Source: Dokdonia sp. (lineage in GTDB: Bacteria; Bacteroidota; Bacteroidia; Flavobacteriales; Flavobacteriaceae). From it: DNA of 64,000 nucleotides. The notes beneath the pieces are model-generated. The model was not told the origin of the DNA. It worked only from the letters and a program-made list of their open reading frames with translations, and searched no databases. Both the position numbers and the translations under genes were made by a program. The stretch is taken from contig JBEDTH010000010.1 of assembly GCA_040118945.1 (NCBI GenBank), forward strand, positions 10,731 through 74,730, read 5' to 3'. This document shows, piece after piece, positions 56,880-64,000 of the stretch. How positions within the stretch are numbered: position 1 is the stretch's first letter; each line of letters begins with the position of its first letter.

Positions 56880-57863
56880 CTAGCTCGTAATGTCTAAGAA
56901 ATGATTTGAAACCCATTGCTGGTCTATACCTATACGCGACCAACCATCCTTTTCTTCATAGGCAAAAACTTCCTGATTTTGGAGCAGGGCACCTACGACA
57001 TGAAACTGAGTGGAAGGACCACTTCTCACATTGAGCACGTTTGCATTGACCGTTGCCCTATGAATTTTTTGAACAAAATTACCATAGACCCATTCTTCTT
57101 TAGAATTAGAAATTTTATACCACCTATCCTTTTGATCATAGATACGCAACACAGCACCTAGGGTACTATGGCCTATAGCATCAAAGCTACCCTTAGGCCC
57201 CTTTCTGATATTGAGCCTATTGGCCGTAACCCAGCCATAAAATTGTAAGGCTGCGGGTTGAACGCCATCCAGAACCCCCGTACTTCTTTGTCTTATTCTA
57301 GGGAGGAAATGACTTTGACAGCTCTCTACGGTATTCCCTCCAAAAAAATTAGTCCCAGGACAGGACTTGGTCGATCCGCTACCGTTGGTCCTCACCCCTG
57401 TACCGAGATCAAACCAATGATGGTATACTATACGATCTGTGGTTATTGGGATATTAAACTTTTGACATAGGGCCGCCGTCACCTCAAGTATAGCCTCCTC
57501 TTGCTCGGGATTCATTATGTCTTGGTGCTTGTCAAAAAAACCTACATTTTCTATACATACAGCATGACGATTATTACCTAAAATACAAGCTGGCGAACGT
57601 TCTAATGATCTTCCAGTAACAATTTGCCCATCAGGAAAAATACTAAAGTGCTGTCCAATGTCACTCCAGCCATTATTAGTGACATGGTGATGCTTCATAC
57701 TTTGTTGCAAAGCAAAATGATTGTGCCCATCAAAATGTCGATAGGCTGGTGAAAAGGTGTGATGTTGTTGAATAAACAGCACTGTGCGAGCGATATCCTG
57801 CTGGGATAGCCAAGTTTTAAATGCTGCAACCTGCATTAGGTGAAAGCCAAATCTTGTTTCCAT
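56880..57863 (-). CDS. N-acetylmuramoyl-L-alanine amidase (Amidase_2/PGRP) with two C-terminal SH3b domains
   Basis: WSDIGQHFSIFPDG, HAVCIENVG, KSCPG motifs; two repeats of the type A.RLN.R.GP...F..(I/V)G. Confidence 0.7.
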   Translation of the reverse strand: METRFGFHLMQVAAFKTWLSQQDIARTVLFIQQHHTFSPAYRHFDGHNHFALQQSMKHHHVTNNGWSDIGQHFSIFPDGQIVTGRSLERSPACILGNNRHAVCIENVGFFDKHQDIMNPEQEEAILEVTAALCQKFNIPITTDRIVYHHWFDLGTGVRTNGSGSTKSCPGTNFFGGNTVESCQSHFLPRIRQRSTGVLDGVQPAALQFYGWVTANRLNIRKGPKGSFDAIGHSTLGAVLRIYDQKDRWYKISNSKEEWVYGNFVQKIHRATVNANVLNVRSGPSTQFHVVGALLQNQEVFAYEEKDGWSRIGIDQQWVSNHFLDITS

Positions 57864-57972
57864 ACCAAAGGTCTTTACGTATTAGGCCACGGAGGAACTT
57901 ACTTCTATATCGAGTAATTGGCACTTAAATATAACACAATATACTGATTATCAATACTTTTAAAGTTTAAAA

Positions 57973-59511
57973 TCAACCCAACCACCCCTCCCTATCCAGA
58001 CTTCTATACTGGATAGCCTCGCTAATGTGCTGGTCTTTTATTTGATCCTTACCATCAAGATCGGCTATGGTTCGGGCTACTTTTAAAATTCGGTCATAGG
58101 CCCTAGCAGACAAGTGCAAGCGTTCCATCGCCGCTTTTAAGAGCTGTAATGAGCTAGCGTCGAGACTGCAATATTTTCGGATTTGCTTTACATTCATTTG
58201 TGCATTGTAGTGGGTATTTTTGCTTTCGCGAAAGCGTTCACTTTGATAGGCTCTCGCTGCTGTTACCCGTTGCCGTATAGCCAAACTAGACTCTGACTTT
58301 GTCAACTCACTCAATTTATCAAAGGGAACAGGGGTCACCTCTATGTGTATGTCAATACGATCGAGTAAGGGCCCACTAATCTTGCCCAAATACCGTTGCA
58401 TTTCTTGAGGCGAACTACTCACAGCAGCCGTCGGGTCATTAAAGTAGCCTCCAGGGCTGGGATTCATACTAGCTACCAACATAAAGCTGCTGGGATAGGT
58501 TACTGTAAATCGCGCTCTGGATATGGTAACCTCTCGATCTTCTAAGGGTTGTCGCATCACCTCGAGCACCGACCTTTTAAATTCTGGCAATTCATCGAGA
58601 AATAAAACGCCATTGTGCGACAACGATATTTCTCCTGGTTGCGGGTAAGACCCACCACCTACTAAGGCTACATCTGATATGGTGTGATGTGGTGCTCTAA
58701 AAGGGCGTTGACTCATCAATCCCTCATGCGCTTTGAGACGCCCTACCACACTGTGAATTTTTGTAGTTTCTAAGGCTTCTCTTAATGACATAGGTGGCAA
58801 TATGCTAGGCAAGCGTTTGCTAAGCATCGTCTTGCCGCTTCCAGGAGGCCCTATAAGAATGATGTTATGACCGCCGGCAGCTGCTATTTCCATACATCTT
58901 TTGATAGATTCTTGTCCTTTGACATCGGCAAAGTCAAATTCGGGCTGTTGTAGCTCTTTGTAAAACTCCTGCTGTATATCTACCGTGGTTTCTGGCAAAG
59001 GAGTGCCCTTACTAAAAAAAGCGATAACCTCACTAATCGTAGACACCCCGTATACGGCTATGCCATCTACTATGGCCGCTTCTTTTGCATTTTGTATCGG
59101 TAAGATAAATCCTTTGAAATTTTCTTCTTTCGCTTTGATCGCTATGGGTAAGGCGCCTTTTATAGGCTGAAGACTACCGTCTAATGACAACTCTCCCATG
59201 ATAATGTATGACCCAATGTCAATACCTTCGATCTGGCCTGAAGCAATAAGGATACCTAACGCCAGTGGCAAGTCATAGGCCGATCCTTCTTTACGCATAT
59301 CGGCAGGTGACATATTGAGAATGATCTTTTTGCCTGGAATTTTAAATCCGTGATTTTGTAAAGCCGCTGCAATTCTGAAATTACTTTCTTTGATGGCACT
59401 ATCGGGTAAGCCTACCAGATGATAGCCTATTCCTTTATCTACATTAACCTCTACGGTAATTGTGGTGGCGTCTACTCCAATGACAGCGCTTCCAAAAACT
59501 TTGGTAATCAT
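57973..59511 (-). CDS. YifB/ComM-family Mg-chelatase-like AAA+ ATPase
   Basis: Lon-protease-like N-domain, Walker A GPPGSGKTM, Walker B VLFLDELPEF, and a C-terminal ChlI-like region. Confidence 0.9.
   Translation of the reverse strand: MITKVFGSAVIGVDATTITVEVNVDKGIGYHLVGLPDSAIKESNFRIAAALQNHGFKIPGKKIILNMSPADMRKEGSAYDLPLALGILIASGQIEGIDIGSYIIMGELSLDGSLQPIKGALPIAIKAKEENFKGFILPIQNAKEAAIVDGIAVYGVSTISEVIAFFSKGTPLPETTVDIQQEFYKELQQPEFDFADVKGQESIKRCMEIAAAGGHNIILIGPPGSGKTMLSKRLPSILPPMSLREALETTKIHSVVGRLKAHEGLMSQRPFRAPHHTISDVALVGGGSYPQPGEISLSHNGVLFLDELPEFKRSVLEVMRQPLEDREVTISRARFTVTYPSSFMLVASMNPSPGGYFNDPTAAVSSSPQEMQRYLGKISGPLLDRIDIHIEVTPVPFDKLSELTKSESSLAIRQRVTAARAYQSERFRESKNTHYNAQMNVKQIRKYCSLDASSLQLLKAAMERLHLSARAYDRILKVARTIADLDGKDQIKDQHISEAIQYRSLDREGWLG
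58222..58235. repeat. Iterated palindrome GCTTTCGCGAAAGC (perfect 14-mer)
   Basis: Inside the minus-strand yifB/comM-like gene in the third frame, read as RFRES. Confidence 0.95.
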
Positions 59512-59677
59512 GGTGTTGTTTTGAGAAGTAATGTAGAAAGAAAGCAGACAGCCTCATCCTACTAAATCCGAACATATATGAATCTTCGGAAACGGTTGTA
59601 AAACGAGACAGTTAACTGCATAACTCGGACAATGTCATCCAAATTGATTCAATTTGAGGAATTTATTACGTAAAAAA

Positions 59678-59691
59678 GGGGTAAATACCCC
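59678..59691 (+). promoter_or_regulatory. Box C: GGGGTAAATACCCC upstream of sRNA candidate 1
   Basis: The 14-mer is identical to box A as read in its transcription direction. It is followed after exactly 21 nt by AGTATATTTACA (59713..59724). Confidence 0.4.
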
Positions 59692-59729
59692 TTTTAAAAA
59701 TTTGAGATGACCAGTATATTTACAATGTA

Positions 59730-59869
59730 ATAAAACAACAATTGTTTAGGTTAGTTTACAAGGAAAACAAAAGCTTCGTTTGAATTCGTGAGTGTTAGAT
59801 AACGAAGTCAAATTTTCAAGAATTTAGGGGTGAAAGGCATCCCGCGTTATGCGGGGTGTTTTTCTTTTT
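59730..59869 (+). ncRNA. Candidate small RNA 1 (5' end estimated)
   Basis: Plus-strand promoter-like box AGTATATTTACAA at 59713, internal hairpin CTTCGTT...AACGAAG, terminator hairpin 59838..59858 plus a T-run. No ORF. Both flanking genes are on the minus strand. Confidence 0.4.
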
Positions 59870-59956
59870 TACACCCATATCTACCGTAATCATCCGATAG
59901 AAATTCTATATAATGCCTTAGTCTTTACAGAAATAACAAGTATATTTACAACGCCT

Positions 59957-60046
59957 TATTCAAGAGGCTTATGGGCAGCCTTAGGGTTGCTTTCATAAAT
60001 TTAGGGGTGAAAGGCATCCCGCATTATGCGGGATGTTTTTCTTTTT
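59957..60046 (+). ncRNA. Candidate small RNA 2, paralog of candidate 1 (5' end estimated)
   Basis: Identical AGTATATTTACAA box at 59939. Its 49-nt 3' module (59998..60046) is 47/49 identical to 59821..59869, including terminator hairpin 60015..60035 plus a T-run. Confidence 0.4.
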
Positions 60047-60060
60047 ATTCCCTTATCAAA

Positions 60061-61929
60061 CTACTCTTCCAATATACCTACCACTATTTCTGATTGGTGG
60101 TACACCTTGTGGGTTTGTTTTTTAAAATCGCTCTCCTTGGCCTTAAATATATTATCTACATAGGTTTGAGGATTTAAATCAATTAAAGGAAACCATGTGC
60201 TTTGAACTTGTATCATAAGTTTATGGCCTTTCTTTATGGTGTGTAAAACATCCTGAAGTTTGATAGTCACCGTTTCTATTTTACCCGGGGTAAATGGTTC
60301 TGGGTTCTCCATGCTATTTCTAAAGCGGCCACGCATCACCTCACTACGCACCATTTGCTGATAGCCAGCCATTGTGACTCCCTCTTCGGTTTCTTGAGTG
60401 TTTTTTGCAGTATCTGGGTACACATCGATCACTTTTACAATCCAATCTGCAGCAGTACCTGTGGTTTCCACAAATAATTTGGCCGTAATATCTCCCGCTA
60501 AAGTTAGGTCTTCGTCCATAACTGGGGTTTCATAAACCAACACATCTGGACGGGCTCCTGCAAAACGCTGATCGTCACTCATGTACTTACGCGGAGTAAA
60601 CACCATTTTTTTACCTTCGGCATAGGGTACAGGATTGGCTGGGTCACTTACAAAACTGCGTGCCTCTTCAGATTTTGTTGGCGTAAAATTTAATTGTCCA
60701 TCTCGATCAAGATAATAAGGTGTGCGGTTAACATTTTTGGGAGGCCAGCTTTCAAAGCTGCGCCACTCTTTTGTACCTGAATCAAAGACATGTGCTTCGG
60801 GAAGTCCCGTCTGCCCATCGGCAGGACCTTTGAGCCAATGGTTAAAGAATTTGGTCTCTATTTCCTTTTGGAAATAGTCTGAGATATCATCACCAAAATA
60901 CACATTACCTACAGCCTGACGTTTTTTGGTTCTTGCCCAATCCCCATGACTCCAAGGGCCAAAAACTACCGTATTATAGGTATCACTGCGCTTCTCAATA
61001 TTCTTATAGGTCTCCCAAGGACCGTAAAGATCTTCGGCATCGTACAAACCACCCACAGTCATTACAGCCGGCTTTATGTTTTCTAAATGCTGTATCAAAC
61101 CTCTAGATTGCCAGAATTCATCATAATTAGGGTGCTCCTTGAGCTGTGTCCAAAATTCATTAGAAGCGTCGTAGTATTGATCAAGATTAGACAAAGGACC
61201 TGTCTTGAGGAAAAAATCAAACTGATCGTCGCTATTTAACTCAGGAAAAGAGTACCAGGCTTCTTTTGTAGGCCCCTCTTTTTGGTATCCAAAAACCGCA
61301 GTTGCCCTCCAATAACTCAATAAATAAGCTCCGTTATGGTGAAAATCGTCAAAAAAGAAATCGCCAATACACGCCTGTGGTGAGGCTGCTTTCAATGCAG
61401 GATGCCCGCTTAATAGCGAATAGGTCGCATAAAATCCAGGATAAGAGATACCCCAAGTCCCTACATTGCCATTAAAGTTGTCTACATTATTGACCAGCCA
61501 TTCTATGGTGTCATAGGTGTCACTGGCCTCGTCAACCTCTCCCTCCTTTTTGTTTGGGATAAAGGCACGCATATTATCGTAAGAGCCCTCGCTCATCCAT
61601 CGGCCTCTCACATCCTGATAAACAATGATATTTCCTTCTTTCATCAAATAGGAATTAGGCCCTATTCTCGATCTAAATTTGTCTTCGCCATAAGGTCTAC
61701 AACTATATGGCGTTCGCATCATAAGAATAGGGTATGTGGTCGAGGTATCCTTAGGCGAATATATGGTTGTGTGTAATTTGATACCATCTCGCATTGGTAT
61801 GCTCACTTCCTGTTTGTTGTAATACTGCGCAACATCATAGTCTTGTTGCTGTGCCTTGACCCCAGTTGTGGCCGTGGGTAGAAAACTCCATCCAATGAGA
61901 AAGAGTACGATTAGGATTGTTTTTTTCAT
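60061..61929 (-). CDS. CocE/NonD-family (S15, Xaa-Pro dipeptidyl-peptidase-like) serine hydrolase
   Basis: Signal peptide after the internal Met (61929), nucleophile motif GISYPG, and a family-typical C-terminal beta-sandwich. Confidence 0.8.
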   Translation of the reverse strand: MKKTILIVLFLIGWSFLPTATTGVKAQQQDYDVAQYYNKQEVSIPMRDGIKLHTTIYSPKDTSTTYPILMMRTPYSCRPYGEDKFRSRIGPNSYLMKEGNIIVYQDVRGRWMSEGSYDNMRAFIPNKKEGEVDEASDTYDTIEWLVNNVDNFNGNVGTWGISYPGFYATYSLLSGHPALKAASPQACIGDFFFDDFHHNGAYLLSYWRATAVFGYQKEGPTKEAWYSFPELNSDDQFDFFLKTGPLSNLDQYYDASNEFWTQLKEHPNYDEFWQSRGLIQHLENIKPAVMTVGGLYDAEDLYGPWETYKNIEKRSDTYNTVVFGPWSHGDWARTKKRQAVGNVYFGDDISDYFQKEIETKFFNHWLKGPADGQTGLPEAHVFDSGTKEWRSFESWPPKNVNRTPYYLDRDGQLNFTPTKSEEARSFVSDPANPVPYAEGKKMVFTPRKYMSDDQRFAGARPDVLVYETPVMDEDLTLAGDITAKLFVETTGTAADWIVKVIDVYPDTAKNTQETEEGVTMAGYQQMVRSEVMRGRFRNSMENPEPFTPGKIETVTIKLQDVLHTIKKGHKLMIQVQSTWFPLIDLNPQTYVDNIFKAKESDFKKQTHKVYHQSEIVVGILEE

Positions 61930-61930
61930 A

Positions 61931-63952
61931 TTATTTTGATTTAAAACGTTCAATACCTTGTTTGAGCCAAGCTTCGTATTTGTCGATATCTGGCAAATAG
62001 CCTACAGGTTGATTGAGATTATTTTCGTCGTGATCGATCAGCACATAATAGGGCTGGGCATTTACTTTATAGCGTTCTATTTGAAAATCACTCCATTTAT
62101 TTCCGATGGTACGTATGAGTTTGCCAGTAGTCTCACTAATATATTGTTCTGATTCTGGTAATTCGTCTATTTTATCGGCATAAAGCGAAATCAAAACCAC
62201 CTGGTTTGATAATAAATTCAACACTTTTGGATCAGACCAAACCCGCTCTTCCATACGGCGGCAATTGATACAAGCCACCCCAGTAAAATCGAGTAAGACA
62301 GGTTTATTTTTTTCTTTGGCGTACGCCAAACCTGCCTCATAATCTGTAAAAGCCAGCAAATCTAATGGTCCTAACTCGGCTTGATCTGGAATAGACTGAG
62401 TCGATTTGATATAACCCCCACTTTTGGCAGCACCTACACCATAAGGTGACTCACTGTAATTCATAGGCGGAAGAAAACCGCTAATCATTTTTAAGGGTGC
62501 ACCCCAAAGTCCTGGTATGAGATAGACTACAAAACTCAAAGTCACTAGTCCCAGAAGTACTCGCCCTACCGAAAGGTGATTGAGATCACTATCGTGAGGA
62601 AGTTTTAATCTTCCAAAGAGATAAAGTACCAGACCTAGACCAATGGCAATGATGATCGCTAAAAAGATTTCACGCTCTAGAAGATGGGCCTGTAATACCA
62701 AATCTGCATTTGACAAAAATTTAAAAGCCAACGCCAGCTCTAAAAAGCCCAATACAACCTTCACCGAATTTAACCATCCGCCAGATTTGGGCAGAGAACT
62801 CATCCAAGCTGGAAACATAGCAAATAAAGCGAACGGAATCGCTATTGCGCTAGAAAAGCCAAGCATACCAATAACTGGGGCAAGCCCGCCTTTTGAGGAA
62901 GCTTGCACCAAAGTCGTGCCTACAATAGGTCCTGTACAGCTAAAAGACACGATGGCCAATGCTAAAGCCATAAAAAAGATACCTACCATCCCACCTCGAT
63001 CGGCCTGTCGATCTACTTTATTGGCCCAAGAATTGGGCAACTGGATTTCAAAAGCACCCAAAAAGGATATCGCAAAAATGATCAATACGACAAAAAAGAT
63101 CAGATTAAAGGTCACACTGGTAGATAAGGCATTTAAAGCATCGGCGCCAAAAATGGCCACCACACTAAGTCCTAAGACTACGTAGATAAATATGATACTC
63201 AGACCATAAACTATAGCATTTTTTATACCCGCTGTTCTGGTTTTGCTTTGCTTGGTAAAAAAACCAACCGTCATTGGTATCATCGGAAACACACATGGAG
63301 TAAGCAAGGCCAACAGCCCACCCCCAAAGGAAAGTATAAATAGGGTCCACAAGCCTTTGTTCTCTTGAGTATCATTAAAAGAATCATTGAGCTGTTTTGT
63401 CTGGGATATCGTTTCTGAGCTTTGACCATAAGCATCAAACTCTTTATAGGTTTCAAACACCAGAGCCACTTGTTTGGCGAGGTCGTGTACCACATAAAAA
63501 TCTTGCGGTATGCACACCTCATCGCAAACCTGATACGAGATGACCGATTTGATTACAGACTGCTCTGGGTTGGTCCAACGAATTTTTTGAGTAAGCCTTG
63601 GGGTGTAGCCATCGATAAAGGTCTCATATTCGCCAAAGATATCACTGTACTGCTTGGTCGTATCACCCTCTACAGCCGCACCTTCGAGCTCATAATACGT
63701 CCCCTTCTTTTTAAAATCAAACCGAAATGGCATTCCGGCAGCCGTATATTGGCTGTAGATGTGCCACCCCTGTTCTACCTCGGCATCAAAATGTAAAGCG
63801 TAGGTTGTTTCGCTCAATTGCTCGACAGCTCCAGACCAAGCTACGGGATCATAGGTTTTGGCTTCACCAGTAAACACCTGAGCTTGCAGGCTTTGACTTG
63901 TGAGACTACCAACGGTGATTACTATAAAGAAGACAAACTTATAAAGTCTCAT
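61931..63952 (-). CDS. dsbD: DsbD-family thiol:disulfide interchange protein
   Basis: N-terminal periplasmic domain, CcdA-like TM core (LTPCVFPMIP, FSCTGP), and a C-terminal thioredoxin fold with CINC. Confidence 0.85.
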   Translation of the reverse strand: MRLYKFVFFIVITVGSLTSQSLQAQVFTGEAKTYDPVAWSGAVEQLSETTYALHFDAEVEQGWHIYSQYTAAGMPFRFDFKKKGTYYELEGAAVEGDTTKQYSDIFGEYETFIDGYTPRLTQKIRWTNPEQSVIKSVISYQVCDEVCIPQDFYVVHDLAKQVALVFETYKEFDAYGQSSETISQTKQLNDSFNDTQENKGLWTLFILSFGGGLLALLTPCVFPMIPMTVGFFTKQSKTRTAGIKNAIVYGLSIIFIYVVLGLSVVAIFGADALNALSTSVTFNLIFFVVLIIFAISFLGAFEIQLPNSWANKVDRQADRGGMVGIFFMALALAIVSFSCTGPIVGTTLVQASSKGGLAPVIGMLGFSSAIAIPFALFAMFPAWMSSLPKSGGWLNSVKVVLGFLELALAFKFLSNADLVLQAHLLEREIFLAIIIAIGLGLVLYLFGRLKLPHDSDLNHLSVGRVLLGLVTLSFVVYLIPGLWGAPLKMISGFLPPMNYSESPYGVGAAKSGGYIKSTQSIPDQAELGPLDLLAFTDYEAGLAYAKEKNKPVLLDFTGVACINCRRMEERVWSDPKVLNLLSNQVVLISLYADKIDELPESEQYISETTGKLIRTIGNKWSDFQIERYKVNAQPYYVLIDHDENNLNQPVGYLPDIDKYEAWLKQGIERFKSK

Positions 63953-64000
63953 ATATGCGTGATTTTTAAATAGTGTTGGGTAGTAGCTACAACTCCAAAT

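Noticed and set aside
59971-60090. 39-codon ORF starting at ATG 59971 within sRNA candidate 2
   Set aside because: It reads straight through the terminator hairpin and T-run and into the antisense of the downstream gene, and it has no paralogous ORF in unit 1 despite the shared 3' module.

Overview
This is a chromosomal segment that looks like a marine Flavobacteriia (Bacteroidota) genome. Supporting signs are a PorQ-like T9SS protein, a CarbopepD-type TonB receptor, TAnnTTTG-like promoter boxes, no Shine-Dalgarno signals, and the ferredoxin/acyl-CoA reductase/serC/serA gene order. Most of the window is densely packed housekeeping genes: the tail of a [NiFe]-hydrogenase maturation cluster (hypD, hypE, an NHL protein, a His-rich metal transporter), ychF, an M16 peptidase, BCCT and SulP transporters, serC-serA, thrABC, gcvT, yebC, cmk, lon, an ECF sigma cluster, mscL, pxpABC plus an NRAMP transporter, comM/yifB, an S15-family hydrolase and dsbD. 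The only accessory DNA is a small, decayed integrase-bearing mobilizable element next to tRNA-Ser(UGA), at about 3.8-7.3 kb. Three signals are not explained by ordinary annotation. (1) A 12-14 bp palindrome, (G)CTTTCGCGAAAG(C), occurs 11 times perfectly and at least 5 times in degenerate form. It is found in all three reading frames, on both gene strands and in intergenic DNA, so it behaves like a HIP1-style hyper-iterated palindrome. (2) A 549-bp gap between two minus-strand genes holds two plus-strand promoter-plus-terminator units with a nearly identical 49-nt 3' module, which suggests paralogous small RNAs. (3) A GGGGTA-NN-TACCCC box lies at a fixed distance upstream of an AGTAnnTTnnCA promoter-like box at one of those sRNA units. 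The same box appears at both divergent promoters of a nearby operon: small protein, multi-TM protein, sensor-less histidine kinase and LuxR-type regulator. No CRISPR array, rRNA or recognisable defence system was seen. All calls come from reading the sequence and from remembered family signatures; no searches were run.
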